A stretch of 64,000 nucleotides of DNA from assembly GCA_900757195.1 (NCBI GenBank), contig CAAEMZ010000033.1, positions 51,678-115,677 on the forward strand, written 5' to 3'. Position numbers and translations under genes: made by a program. The notes beneath the pieces are model-generated. The model saw nothing but the letters and a program-made list of their open reading frames with translations, searched no databases and was not told where the DNA came from. The stretch is from Lachnospiraceae bacterium (lineage in GTDB: Bacteria > Bacillota > Clostridia > Lachnospirales > Lachnospiraceae). Of the stretch, positions 20,141-30,417 are shown one piece after another. Within the stretch, counting starts at the first letter, position 1. Every line of letters starts with the position of its first letter.

Positions 20141-20718
20141 CAGATATCGGCCTCCTTTTTTGGGGAAAATGGACAACGTTTTCCAATGCACTGTTCGTTT
20201 TTCGGAAAGAATCCGCATTTGATTTCGTGGGATTCCAATGGGATATCATAATTTTCCCGGACAAAGTCGGAAGCTGTCTGCAGTGAAAGAAAGGCGTTCC
20301 GTTTGCAGCAGCGCGGTCCGCCGATTTCTGCCATCCGGCTCAGTATCCGGGAGGTCAGCTTCAGATTATCTTTGTAATAGTCATTATCGGAAAGGGGGCC
20401 GGTATTGTGCAGAATTGCAAGGGAAGCCCCGACGGATGCGGCAGAACCGCAGATACCCCACTGGCCGCAGATGGCGCCGGGCATTTTTTTGCCCCGCTGC
20501 CGAAGCTCTTCGAAAGCGGCGTCAAAATCAAAAGATACGCCGGCATTATGAAGGGCCGTTAAAAATGCAGCTCCGTCAAGAATGTGGTGTTCGGGACCAT
20601 GGATACTGATGAGGGGATCCTGCATCAGCGTTTTGGCGATCGCCACGGGATCGGTGCCGCCCTGGACGGCACATAATTCTTTGATCCGGTTTAGTTTCTG
20701 TGAGAATGTTATTTCCAT
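20140..20718 (-). CDS. Cys-rich protein, DUF5714-like
   Basis: HGPEHH, PGAICGQWGICG, GGPRCCKR and C-terminal C..NEQCIGKRCP; family recalled from motifs. Confidence 0.7.
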   Translation of the reverse strand: MEITFSQKLNRIKELCAVQGGTDPVAIAKTLMQDPLISIHGPEHHILDGAAFLTALHNAGVSFDFDAAFEELRQRGKKMPGAICGQWGICGSAASVGASLAILHNTGPLSDNDYYKDNLKLTSRILSRMAEIGGPRCCKRNAFLSLQTASDFVRENYDIPLESHEIKCGFFPKNEQCIGKRCPFSPKKEADI

Positions 20719-20846
20719 AATCGTAAAGTCCTCGCTTTTTTTGCTCTATTATAACACAGTTTGAACTTTTTTGCCGAATATGGTACTATAATACTCGATA
20801 TTTAATTTTATTTTACAGGGTTTGGGAGAACGAAAAGAAAAGGAAT

Positions 20847-21593
20847 ATGGCAGATGTAAAGATTTTATATGAAGATGCACAGATTATCGTCTGTGTGAAA
20901 CCGGCGGGAATGGCATCTCAGGCGGAGCGGTCTTCGGCAATGGATTTGGTGAGCTGGCTGAAAAATTATATTGGCGGACAAAAAAGGGCAGTTGGCGGAC
21001 AAAAAAATTATATCGGAGTGGTTCATCGGCTGGATAAGCCGGTTGGCGGTGTGATGGTTTATGCCAAAACGCCCAAAGCGGCGTCAGAGCTGAGCCGGCA
21101 GTTTTCGGCCCATGACACGGAAAAAACCTATCTTGCGGTATTGACGGGAAGGCTTCCCGAAACATCGGGGGTTCTTGAAAACCGTCTGGAGAGGGATGGC
21201 CGGACGAACACTTCATCGGTGGTGGATACCGGCGGAAAACAAGCGCGGCTGGAATACCGGATGCTCGCGGAAAGAGACGGACGGTCACTGGCGGAAGTAC
21301 GGCTTTACACCGGACGCCACCATCAGATCCGGGTTCAGATGGCCCATGCAGGCGCCGGCATTTACGGGGATATGAAATATAACCGGGAAGCTACGGAAAA
21401 GTGGAACCGGGAAAGGGAAACGCCGACGGGGTCAAAAGGGCTCGGACTGTTTTCCTGCGGACTGATTTTCAGCCATCCGGCAACGGGAAAACGGATGAAG
21501 TTTAAAGTTCTCCCCAGGAAGGGACCTGTGGCTATTGACGAATGGCCCGGTTTATCTTACTATATGAATGATGAAAATGAACCCGGCAGATGA
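20847..21593 (+). CDS. RluA-family pseudouridine synthase
   Basis: VKPAG, VHRLDKPVGG (catalytic Asp), TGRHHQIRVQ, GDMKY. Confidence 0.92.
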   Translation: MADVKILYEDAQIIVCVKPAGMASQAERSSAMDLVSWLKNYIGGQKRAVGGQKNYIGVVHRLDKPVGGVMVYAKTPKAASELSRQFSAHDTEKTYLAVLTGRLPETSGVLENRLERDGRTNTSSVVDTGGKQARLEYRMLAERDGRSLAEVRLYTGRHHQIRVQMAHAGAGIYGDMKYNREATEKWNRERETPTGSKGLGLFSCGLIFSHPATGKRMKFKVLPRKGPVAIDEWPGLSYYMNDENEPGR

Positions 21594-21636
21594 TTCGGGA
21601 TTCCAATAAAGATAGAAACCAAAAGGAGATTTGATT

Positions 21637-23070
21637 ATGGCAAAGGAAAAGAAGTTAGTTGAAGCGATCACTTCGATGGAAGAAGATTTCGCACAATGGT
21701 ATACGGATGTTGTAAAGAAGGCGGAGCTGGTCGATTACGCCAGCGTCAAGGGATGTATGGTGATTAAGCCGGCAGGTTATGCCATCTGGGAAAATATCCA
21801 GAAAGAACTGGACCGCCGATTTAAAGAAACCGGCGTGGAAAATGTTTATATGCCATTATTTATTCCGGAAAGCCTTCTGGAGAAAGAAAAAGATCATGTT
21901 GAAGGCTTTGCGCCGGAAGTGGCATGGGTTACCCATGGCGGTCTGGAGCCTCTCCAGGAACGTCTTTGCGTGCGTCCGACGTCCGAAACCTTATTCTGTG
22001 ATTTCTATGCACGGGATATCCAGTCTCACAGAGATTTACCGAAATTATATAATCAGTGGTGTTCGGTTGTCCGCTGGGAAAAGACAACCCGCCCGTTCCT
22101 GCGTTCCAGAGAATTCCTGTGGCAGGAAGGCCATACAGCCCATGCTACAGCAGAGGAAGCGTCCGCAAGAACTGAACAGATGCTGAATCTCTATGCGGAT
22201 TTCTGTGAAGAAGTTCTTGCCATGCCGGTCATCCGCGGACGTAAAACGGATAAAGAAAAATTTGCCGGTGCAGAAGCAACCTATACGATCGAAGCATTAA
22301 TGCATGACGGAAAAGCCCTCCAGTCCGGCACCAGCCACAATTTCGGTGACGGCTTCGCAAAGGCTTTCGGTATCCAGTATGCGAATAAAGATAATAAACT
22401 GGAATATGTGCATCAGACCTCCTGGGGTATGACGACCCGTCTGATCGGAGCGATCATTATGGTACACGGGGATGATTCCGGTCTTGTGCTGCCTCCGAGA
22501 ATCGCTCCGACCCAGGTGATGGTGATTCCGATTCAGCAGAAAAAAGAGGGCGTTCTGGATAAGGCATTTGAAATCAGAGATATGCTCAGTAATTTCCGTG
22601 TCAAAGTCGATGATTCCGACAAGAGTCCGGGATGGAAATTCTCCGAAGCTGAAATGCGCGGTATTCCGGTACGTATCGAAATCGGACCAAAGGATATCGA
22701 AGCGGGTCAGGCCGTGATCGTACGCCGTGATACCCGTGAAAAACAGGTGGTTGCGCTGACAGAACTGAAAGAAAAGGTTGGCGAAACACTCGAGATCATG
22801 CAGAAAGAAATGTTCGAACGGGCACGGGCACACAGAGACGCCCATACCTATACAGCAACGGAATATCCGGAATTTAAGGATATTGTCGAAAACAAACCGG
22901 GATTTGTGAAGGCGATGTGGTGCGGCGATGAAGCCTGCGAAAACCTGATTAAGGAGGAAACCGGTGCAACATCCCGGTGTATGCCTTTTGCTCAGGAACA
23001 TTTATCAGATAAGTGCGTTTGCTGCGGAAAACCGGCGAAGGCAATGGTATATTGGGGTAAAGCATACTAA
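21637..23070 (+). CDS. proS: Proline--tRNA ligase (archaeal/eukaryote-like type)
   Basis: [43 protein letters not shown]-terminal WGKAY. Confidence 0.96.
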   Translation: MAKEKKLVEAITSMEEDFAQWYTDVVKKAELVDYASVKGCMVIKPAGYAIWENIQKELDRRFKETGVENVYMPLFIPESLLEKEKDHVEGFAPEVAWVTHGGLEPLQERLCVRPTSETLFCDFYARDIQSHRDLPKLYNQWCSVVRWEKTTRPFLRSREFLWQEGHTAHATAEEASARTEQMLNLYADFCEEVLAMPVIRGRKTDKEKFAGAEATYTIEALMHDGKALQSGTSHNFGDGFAKAFGIQYANKDNKLEYVHQTSWGMTTRLIGAIIMVHGDDSGLVLPPRIAPTQVMVIPIQQKKEGVLDKAFEIRDMLSNFRVKVDDSDKSPGWKFSEAEMRGIPVRIEIGPKDIEAGQAVIVRRDTREKQVVALTELKEKVGETLEIMQKEMFERARAHRDAHTYTATEYPEFKDIVENKPGFVKAMWCGDEACENLIKEETGATSRCMPFAQEHLSDKCVCCGKPAKAMVYWGKAY

Positions 23071-23128
23071 AAAGTTTTCAGCCCCTGCGAACCGAAGAGA
23101 ATTAATAAGTAAGACAGGACTGATTTGT

Positions 23129-23803
23129 GTGGAAAAATCCTATGAAAAAGTTGTAGATTACGTCCAGAAGCAGATTCTGGACGGCGTCTGCAGGACAGGG
23201 GATAAGCTGCCTTCCGAGCGGGAGATGGCCCAGCAGCTTAATGTGAGCCGGACTTCCGTCAGAGAAGGACTGCGGATACTGGAGCAGATGGGCGCCCTTT
23301 ACTGCCAGCAGGGTTCGGGAAATTATATTACGGGAAATTTTGAAAGCACGCTGATCCGGGTCATGACCCTGATGTTTGCCGTCGAGGGAACGACCTACCG
23401 GGAAATCAGTGAATTCCGTTATGCACTGGAATCTCAGGCCTTATCGCTGGCGGTCCATCATGCCACCGAAGAGCAGATTGAAGAAATGGAATATCATATG
23501 AGCATTTTGGAGACATCGATGGAAGAAAATATCCGTTCCAGACATGATAAAAAAATCCATTATCTGGTGGCAGAAGCATCGCATAATAATTATCTTATTG
23601 TTAATTTTTTGGCATTAACTCAGGTGATGGATCAATATGTCAAAGACATGCGGGTTCGTATTTTGAGCGACGCAAAAAACCGCGAAGGACTCATGCAAAC
23701 CCACAAAGATCTTATTAAAGCCGTGCGGGACAAGGATATTCGTCTGGGACATGACGCCCTCGACCGACACTATATTTACATTTACCAATACCTCGACAGT
23801 TGA
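23129..23803 (+). CDS. FadR/GntR-family regulator (LldR/PdhR-like)
   Basis: GDKLPSEREMAQQLNVSRTSVREGL HTH, QGSGNY, FCD-like C-terminus; GTG start inferred. Confidence 0.88.
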   Translation: MEKSYEKVVDYVQKQILDGVCRTGDKLPSEREMAQQLNVSRTSVREGLRILEQMGALYCQQGSGNYITGNFESTLIRVMTLMFAVEGTTYREISEFRYALESQALSLAVHHATEEQIEEMEYHMSILETSMEENIRSRHDKKIHYLVAEASHNNYLIVNFLALTQVMDQYVKDMRVRILSDAKNREGLMQTHKDLIKAVRDKDIRLGHDALDRHYIYIYQYLDS

Positions 23804-24026
23804 TTGAATATTTCGAAAAGAGATAGTTTGCATGCTAATTATCAAAAATGAGAAAAATAATCCGAAAATTTTGATAAATCGGCCTTCATGAATCTGTTCA
23901 GAAATTGACAAAAAAAAGACAAACTATTTGTGCGAAAAAACAAAAAATTACCGAAAGATAAACAAAGAACTGTGCAATGCTTCTAAAAAATAACCGTAAA
24001 AACCAGAGAGAAACAGTAAAAATGAC

Positions 24027-24078
24027 TTGACAAATAGGCTGAAGTATTTTATCATTGTCCATATAAATGGTAGGACCA
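24027..24078 (+). promoter_or_regulatory. sigmaA promoter with FadR-type operator
   Basis: TTGACA(24027)-17-TATCAT(24050); palindrome TGGTAGGACCA at 24068-24078 matches the TGGT-N3-ACCA LldR/PdhR-type site. Confidence 0.78.
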
Positions 24079-24184
24079 CTTAGGCCCTTTTGTCCGTTAT
24101 CAATATGGGCTATTGCACATCACAGATGTACAGTACATAAATAAAATAAAGGGTTATTAAGGATTATTAAGGAGGAATGTTAAA

Positions 24185-25627
24185 ATGAGTGCATACGGTA
24201 AAGTGACTCCAGAAATCGTGGAGAAATTTAAAGAAATCGCACCAGGCCGGGTTTACGTAGGTGAGGAAATCAACGATGATTTCACACATGATGAGATGTC
24301 TATCTATGGTAAAGCTATGCCAGAAGCTGTTGTTGATGCTTTAACTACAGAAGAAATCGCAGCAGTTGTTAAAATTTGTTATGAAAATACGATTCCAGTA
24401 ACAGCCAGAGGTGCTGGTACAGGCCTTGTAGGTTCTGCAGTTCCGATCGCCGGAGGTATCGTAATTAATACAACTAAGATGAACAAAATCCTTGACTACG
24501 ATTTAGACAACTTCGTTGTTCGTATTCAGCCAGGTGTTCTCTTAAATGATCTCGCAGAAGACTGCGTGAGCCGGGGACTTATGTACCCACCAGATCCAGG
24601 TGAAAAATTTGCTGCTGTCGGCGGTAACGTTGCAACAAACGCAGGTGGTATGAGAGCTTGTAAATACGGCGCTACAAGAGATTATGTACGTGCTATGACA
24701 GTTGTTCTTGCTACTGGTGAAGTTGTTAAACTTGGAAGCAAGGTTTCTAAAACATCTTCCGGTTATTCCTTACTGAACCTTATGATCGGTTCCGAAGGTA
24801 CACTGGGTATCATCACAGAATTAACATTAAAGATCATTCCTGCTCCGAAGGCAGTTATCAGTCTTGTAATTCCTTTCGAAGATCTGGATTCCTGTATTTC
24901 CACAGTTCCTCTGTTCAAGAAAAACCATCTTGATCCTCAGGCTCTGGAATTCATGGAAAGAGCAATCGTTGATAAATCCGAAAAATACATCGGAAAAGCA
25001 ACATTCCCTAAGGTTGTTGACGGCGTTGAAGCTCAGGCATTCCTGCTGACAACATTCGATGGAAAAGACATGGATGAACTGGAAGAAATCATGGAACAGG
25101 CTTCTGAAATCGCACTTGAAAACGGCGCTATCGACGTTCTCGTTGCAGATACTCCGGCTAAGATCAAAGATGCATGGGCAGCAAGAAGCTCCTTCCTGGA
25201 AGCTATTAAATCTGAAACAAAATGGAAAGACGGTCTGGAATTACTCGACGAATGTGACGTTGTTGTTCCGCTTGACCAGATTGCTCCATATGTTGAATTT
25301 GTATATAAAACCGGTAAAGATATGGGACTTCAGATTGAAAGTTTCGGACATGCAGGTGATGGTAACCTTCATATCTACATTATCGGTGATGACCAGATCA
25401 GCGTTGCAGACTTCAAGAAGAAAGCAGACGATTTCTTCGATGTAATCTATCCTGAAGCAACACGTGTTGGCGGTCTTGTATCCGGTGAACATGCTATCGG
25501 TTCCGGTAAATTAAAATATCTTGAAGAAGCAGAAGGCGAAGTTAACATGCGTCTCATGCTCGACATCAAGAAAGCATTTGACCCTAAGATGATCCTGAAC
25601 CCAGGAAAAGTCTGTCACAAACTGTAA
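24185..25627 (+). CDS. FAD-linked 2-hydroxyacid dehydrogenase (LctD/GlcD family; D-lactate dehydrogenase-like)
   Basis: RGAGTGLVG, PPDPGE, GGNVATNAGG, GSEGTLGII, GHAGDGNLH, SGEHAIG, FDPKMILNPGK. Confidence 0.88.
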   Translation: MSAYGKVTPEIVEKFKEIAPGRVYVGEEINDDFTHDEMSIYGKAMPEAVVDALTTEEIAAVVKICYENTIPVTARGAGTGLVGSAVPIAGGIVINTTKMNKILDYDLDNFVVRIQPGVLLNDLAEDCVSRGLMYPPDPGEKFAAVGGNVATNAGGMRACKYGATRDYVRAMTVVLATGEVVKLGSKVSKTSSGYSLLNLMIGSEGTLGIITELTLKIIPAPKAVISLVIPFEDLDSCISTVPLFKKNHLDPQALEFMERAIVDKSEKYIGKATFPKVVDGVEAQAFLLTTFDGKDMDELEEIMEQASEIALENGAIDVLVADTPAKIKDAWAARSSFLEAIKSETKWKDGLELLDECDVVVPLDQIAPYVEFVYKTGKDMGLQIESFGHAGDGNLHIYIIGDDQISVADFKKKADDFFDVIYPEATRVGGLVSGEHAIGSGKLKYLEEAEGEVNMRLMLDIKKAFDPKMILNPGKVCHKL

Positions 25628-25684
25628 TTTATAAAATAATATTTATAAATCATTTATCACTATTTTTTAAGGAGGGCTTAGGAA

Positions 25685-26833
25685 ATGAAATTTCATTTCG
25701 ACGAAGAAGAACAGGAAATTATTGATATGTTACACGACTATGCCGTGAAAGAAGTTGCACCAAGAGCTGCAGAAATCGATGAGGAAGAAAGATTCCCTAT
25801 CGAAGCACGCAATGGTCTTGCAGAAATGGGTATGATGGGTATTCCATATCCAGAAGAGTACGGCGGTGCTGGACAGAGCTACATGACATATGTTGCATGC
25901 TGTGAAGAGTTAGCAAAACACTGTGCTACAACATCTGTTGTATTATCTGCTCATACATCTCTTTGTTCTTGGCCAATCTTCCAGTATGGTACTGAAGAAC
26001 AGAAACAGAAATATCTTGTACCACTGGCTTCCGGTGAAAAATTAGGTGCTTTCGCACTTACAGAACCAGGTGCTGGTACAGATGCTTCCATGCAGAAATC
26101 TACAGCTGTTTTAGATGGCGATGAATACATCATCAACGGATCTAAAGTGTTCATCACAAACGCTACATATGCAGATGTATTTATCATCTTTGCTAAAACT
26201 GATACAGAAGCTCCTGGAACAAAAGGTATCTCCGCTTTCATCATCGAAAAAGGAACACCTGGATTCACAATCAGCGGACATGAAAAGAAAATGGGTATCC
26301 GTGGTTCTTCCACATGCTCACTGTTCTTCGATGACTGCAGAATTCCAAAGGAAAACCTTTTAGGACCAGCTGGTAAAGGTTTCATGATCGCTATGACAAC
26401 ACTTGATGGCGGACGTATCGGTATCGCTGCTCAGGCAGTTGGTGTTGCTCAGGGTGCTATCGATGCTGGTATGGCATATGTTAAAGAACGTATCCAGTTT
26501 GGAAAACCTATCTGGAAATTCCAGAATACACAGTTCCAGTATGCTGATATGCAGGCAAGTGTTGACGCAGCTCGTCTTCTTCTTTACCGTGCAGCTCAGG
26601 CTAAACAGGATGGCGAACCATACAGCCATTTAGCTGCTATGGCTAAATTATTCGCTGCAAACACAGCTTCCGACGTTACTCGTCGCGTTGTTCAGCTTGC
26701 AGGTGGTAACGGATTCTCCCGTGATTATCCATTCGAACGTATGATGCGTGATGCTAAGATCACAGAAATCTACGAAGGAACAAGTGAAGTTCAGCGTATG
26801 GTAATCTCCGGATGGATGGGTGCTAACAAATAA
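25685..26833 (+). CDS. Short-chain acyl-CoA dehydrogenase (Bcd-like), paralog 1
   Basis: [49 protein letters not shown]. Confidence 0.92.
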   Translation: MKFHFDEEEQEIIDMLHDYAVKEVAPRAAEIDEEERFPIEARNGLAEMGMMGIPYPEEYGGAGQSYMTYVACCEELAKHCATTSVVLSAHTSLCSWPIFQYGTEEQKQKYLVPLASGEKLGAFALTEPGAGTDASMQKSTAVLDGDEYIINGSKVFITNATYADVFIIFAKTDTEAPGTKGISAFIIEKGTPGFTISGHEKKMGIRGSSTCSLFFDDCRIPKENLLGPAGKGFMIAMTTLDGGRIGIAAQAVGVAQGAIDAGMAYVKERIQFGKPIWKFQNTQFQYADMQASVDAARLLLYRAAQAKQDGEPYSHLAAMAKLFAANTASDVTRRVVQLAGGNGFSRDYPFERMMRDAKITEIYEGTSEVQRMVISGWMGANK

Positions 26834-26854
26834 TAATTATTGATAATTTTCAGG

Positions 26855-26890
26855 CAACTGGTGTGTGGGTTAAGGCCTGCACACCAGTTG
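26855..26890 (+). other. Intergenic stem-loop without U tract (possible mRNA processing/stability element)
   Basis: caactggtgtg...cacaccagttg, 11-bp perfect arms. Confidence 0.55.
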
Positions 26891-26922
26891 TGCTGTATTA
26901 GAATTAAGGAGTGAAAACCGAG

Positions 26923-27690
26923 ATGGAAATATTAGTTTGTATTAAACAGGTGCCAGATGATTCTGTAGAAATCAAAATGAATCCTGCAACTGGCGAACCA
27001 GATCTTGCGAATGTAACACCTGTTGTTAACGCTTTTGATACATATGCTCTGGAAATGGCTACACGGCTTAAAGAAGCTGTAGGCGGAACAATCACAGTTG
27101 TATCCGTAGGTCCGGACAGTGCAAAAGATGCGATCAAAACATGTCTTGCTGTAGGCGCAAGCAATGGTTTCATCGTTAAAGATGTTGTTACAGATACAAT
27201 CAGCACAGCTGATGCTTTAGCAAAATCTGTTGCTAAGATTGAAGAAGCCCTTGGAAATAAATTCGATATCGTATTCTGCGGTAAAGAATCTACAGACTGT
27301 GCATCTGGCCAGGTTGGCGCTTTATTAGCTGCTGATCTTGAACTGCCTCTTGTTACAGAACTGATCGACATCGAAACAATCGATGGCGGCATCAAAGCAA
27401 AACAGCAGACAGAAGAAGGCTACAATGTTGTAGAAGCTCCACTGCCATGTGTTGTTACTGTTACAAAACCTGAATATGATCCTAGATACCCAACAATCAA
27501 GAGCAAAATGGCAGCAAGAAAGATTCCAATCAACGAAATCACTCTTGGTGATGTAGCTGCTCCGGCTGTTACAGTTCTTACAAAAGCAGCACCGCCTAAA
27601 AAAGCTCCTGGTGTTAAGATTAAAGAAGAATCTTTCGAAGAAACAATGGCAAAAGCTATTGAATTGATGAAAGCAGCTAAAGTTTTATAA
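26923..27690 (+). CDS. etfB: Electron transfer flavoprotein beta subunit, paralog 1
   Basis: ILVCIKQVPD, NAFDTYALE, PRYPT; ATG 26923 after AAGGAG. Confidence 0.92.
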   Translation: MEILVCIKQVPDDSVEIKMNPATGEPDLANVTPVVNAFDTYALEMATRLKEAVGGTITVVSVGPDSAKDAIKTCLAVGASNGFIVKDVVTDTISTADALAKSVAKIEEALGNKFDIVFCGKESTDCASGQVGALLAADLELPLVTELIDIETIDGGIKAKQQTEEGYNVVEAPLPCVVTVTKPEYDPRYPTIKSKMAARKIPINEITLGDVAAPAVTVLTKAAPPKKAPGVKIKEESFEETMAKAIELMKAAKVL

Positions 27691-27713
27691 GGTAATCTAA
27701 AGGAGGAAATGTC

Positions 27714-28661
27714 ATGGGTTGCAAAAATGTAATGGTATATATTGAAACAGCAGAAGGCAAACCAGTTAACGCAAGTCTTGAAATGATTACTGGCGCTAAA
27801 ACAATTGCTGAAAAAGTAACTGCTGTTGTTATCGGTGCAGCGGACGCTGCTAAAGAAGCTATTAACTATGGTGCTGATGAAGCAATCACTGTTGCCGGTG
27901 TTGAAGGTGATGAAAGTGTTGTTGCTGCATTTGCAGAAGTTGTTAAAAAATATGCTCCTGAAATGATTTTTGTTGGCGCAACTGCTAACGGTAAAATCAT
28001 GGGCGCAAGAATTGCAGCTGCATTAAAAGCAGGCTGTGTAACAGACGTTATTGCTGTTAAAGAAGCTGACGGTAAAGTTGTTCTTTCTTCCCCTATGTAC
28101 AGCGGTACAGTTATTTCTGAATCCGTTGTTGAAGGTACAGCTGTTGCTATCGTTCGTGGTGGTGTTTTCAAAAAAGCTGAACCGGCTGAAAAAGACGGAA
28201 ACATTATCGCTGAAACAGTTGAAATCCCTGCAGCAAAAACAAAAGTTGTTGATACTGTTCAGGAAATTTCTGAAAGCGTTAACCTTGAAGAAGCAGATAT
28301 TATCATCGCTGGCGGACGTGGTATGGGCAGCGTAGAAAACTTCGAACTCGTTAAAGAACTTGCTTCCTTAATGGGCGGTGTTGTTGGTGCTACAAGACCT
28401 GTTATCGATGAAGGATGGATTTCCCGTGCACATCAGGTAGGACAGTCCGGTAAGATTGTTGCTCCTAAGTTATATGTTGCTGCCGGTATCTCCGGTGCAG
28501 CACAGCACGTATCCGGTATCACAGGTTCTGACTTCATCGTTGCTATCAACAAAGATGAAGACGCAACCATCTTCGAATACTCTGATGTAGGTATCGTTGG
28601 AAACGCTACAGAAGCAATCAAAGTTTTAATTGAAGAAGTTAAGAAAATCCAGGCTCAGTAA
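27714..28661 (+). CDS. etfA: Electron transfer flavoprotein alpha subunit, paralog 1
   Basis: [35 protein letters not shown]. Confidence 0.92.
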   Translation: MGCKNVMVYIETAEGKPVNASLEMITGAKTIAEKVTAVVIGAADAAKEAINYGADEAITVAGVEGDESVVAAFAEVVKKYAPEMIFVGATANGKIMGARIAAALKAGCVTDVIAVKEADGKVVLSSPMYSGTVISESVVEGTAVAIVRGGVFKKAEPAEKDGNIIAETVEIPAAKTKVVDTVQEISESVNLEEADIIIAGGRGMGSVENFELVKELASLMGGVVGATRPVIDEGWISRAHQVGQSGKIVAPKLYVAAGISGAAQHVSGITGSDFIVAINKDEDATIFEYSDVGIVGNATEAIKVLIEEVKKIQAQ

Positions 28662-28695
28662 TAAAAGTCTGTCATTTTTTAGAATGTGATAAAAC

Positions 28696-28732
28696 AAGGC
28701 GTTGATTCAGTTTATGAATCAGCGCCTTTTTT
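28696..28732 (+). terminator. Intrinsic terminator of the dehydrogenase-ETF operon
   Basis: aaggcgttgattca-gttta-tgaatcagcgcctttttt. Confidence 0.8.
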
Positions 28733-28751
28733 GAAAAGTAAGAGGTAGAAT

Positions 28752-29252
28752 ATGAAATTGACCCATATAAATAATCAGGGCCGGGCAAAAATGGTGGATG
28801 TTTCGGAAAAAGATGAGACCCGGCGTGTGGCAGTGGCCTTTGGAAAAATAAGTATGAAAAAAGAGACTCTGGAACGGATATTGAGCGGCGGCATCAAAAA
28901 GGGCGATGTCCTTTCGGTGGCCCAGGTGGCCGGAATTATGGCGGCAAAGCGGACCTTTGAGACGATTCCCATGTGTCATCCGCTGCTTCTGACCGGGGCA
29001 GATGTGGAATTCACCCCGGCAGGCGACGGTATCGAGATTCGTATGACTGTAAAGACCAGAGGAAAAACCGGCGTCGAAATGGAGGCGCTGAACGGTGTCA
29101 GCGCGGCGGCGCTGACGATTTATGATATGTGTAAGGCAATAGACCGGGGGATGGTCATCGAAAAAATCTGTCTTCTGGAAAAAGACGGCGGACGTTCCGG
29201 GCATTTTATCCGTGAAGAATCATTTTGCAAACAGGAAAAAAATAGTGTATAA
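28752..29252 (+). CDS. moaC: Cyclic pyranopterin monophosphate synthase
   Basis: [46 protein letters not shown]. Confidence 0.95.
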   Translation: MKLTHINNQGRAKMVDVSEKDETRRVAVAFGKISMKKETLERILSGGIKKGDVLSVAQVAGIMAAKRTFETIPMCHPLLLTGADVEFTPAGDGIEIRMTVKTRGKTGVEMEALNGVSAAALTIYDMCKAIDRGMVIEKICLLEKDGGRSGHFIREESFCKQEKNSV

Positions 29253-29253
29253 T
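29225..29253 (+). promoter_or_regulatory. sigmaA promoter for the GT2 gene
   Basis: TTGCAA-17-TATAAT overlapping the moaC stop. Confidence 0.6.
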
Positions 29254-29300
29254 AGGGAACGCTTCATAATAAATTTGTATCACAGAAAAGAGGAATTCAG

Positions 29301-30227
29301 ATGGCATTATTATCTGTTGTTTTGCCGGCATATAATGAAGAAATGATGATTGACAAAGCATCTGAGTGTCTGACAGAATTATTGGGCTCAGAGCATATTG
29401 ATTTTGAACTTGTATTTGTCGATGATGGTTCCAGGGATCAAACGTGGATTAAAATAGAAAAACAGTCCCGGAAGAACAGCGCTGTCCGGGGCGTTAAGTT
29501 TTCCAGAAATTTTGGAAAGGAAGCGGCGATTTTTGCCGGCCTGGCAGAGGCTGGCGGCAACTGTGTGGTCGTTATGGACTGCGATCTGCAGCATCCGCCG
29601 GAAACGGTGGTAGAGATGTACCGGCTCTGGGAAGACGGCTATGAGGTCGTGGAAGGTGTTAAACGGAGCCGTGGCAGGGAAGGAGCGGCCCATAAGGCCA
29701 GCGCCGGAATGTTTTACAAAATTATGAGTAAGGCGACAAAAATCGACATGTCCAGGGCATCCGATTTTAAATTGCTGGACCGGAGAGCAGTTGCTGTTCT
29801 GCTCGGGATGCCGGAGCGGAATGCTTTTTTCAGAGCCCTCTCATCCTGGATCGGTTTTCAGACAGCTACGGTTGAATTTGATGTACGGGAACGGGAGGCC
29901 GGGGAATCAAAATGGTCTACCTGGTCACTGGTGAAATACGCGGTGACCAATATTGCGGCATTTTCGTCGGTGCCGCTTCAGATTGTGACGGTGGCAGGCG
30001 CATTTATGTTTGTTCTCGCAATAATTCTGGGGATCGAATCCCTGGTGAAATACTTCGGCGGTCAGGCGATGGAAGGCTTTACCACGGTCATACTGCTGCT
30101 GCTCATTATCGGGAGTCTTGTGATGATGAGTCTGGGGATTATCGGTTATTATATTGCTAAAATCTACGAGGAAGTCAAAGGCCGGCCGAGATATATTATT
30201 TCAAAAACGGCAGGCGGAAAGAAATAA
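29301..30227 (+). CDS. GT2 polyprenol-phosphate glycosyltransferase (GtrB/CsbB-like)
   Basis: VVLPAYNEE, DDGSRD, SRNFGKEAA, MDCDLQHPP, two C-terminal TM, IYEEVKGRPRY. Confidence 0.9.
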   Translation: MALLSVVLPAYNEEMMIDKASECLTELLGSEHIDFELVFVDDGSRDQTWIKIEKQSRKNSAVRGVKFSRNFGKEAAIFAGLAEAGGNCVVVMDCDLQHPPETVVEMYRLWEDGYEVVEGVKRSRGREGAAHKASAGMFYKIMSKATKIDMSRASDFKLLDRRAVAVLLGMPERNAFFRALSSWIGFQTATVEFDVREREAGESKWSTWSLVKYAVTNIAAFSSVPLQIVTVAGAFMFVLAIILGIESLVKYFGGQAMEGFTTVILLLLIIGSLVMMSLGIIGYYIAKIYEEVKGRPRYIISKTAGGKK

Positions 30228-30317
30228 AACTTTACAAATGCACAGACTGTGTTATACTGAAATGGCAAATGATGTTGCATACATCCGGAGGATGTATGTC
30301 CGTAAATGAATAAAGGT

Positions 30318-30400
30318 GTGCTGGGGGAGCGAAAGCTGAGAGCGTCCGAAGGACGTGACCCTTTGAACTTGATGCGGGTAATACCGACGTAGGGAAGCAG
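30318..30400 (+). ncRNA. TPP riboswitch
   Basis: GGGGAGC...GCTGAGA...GACCCTTTGAACTTGATGCGGGTAATACCGACGTAGGGAAG core, upstream of tenA; candidate promoter TTTACA-16-TATACT at 30231-30258. Confidence 0.95.
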
Positions 30401-30417
30401 ATAAACAGATATAGAAT

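Noticed and set aside
20971..21006. Repeated ttggcggacaaaaaa (GGQK twice) inside rluA
   Set aside because: Small in-frame duplication in a likely loop; no wider pattern.
21637..23070. Eukaryote/archaeal-type ProRS as a sign of recent transfer
   Set aside because: This type is common in Clostridia and its composition fits the host.
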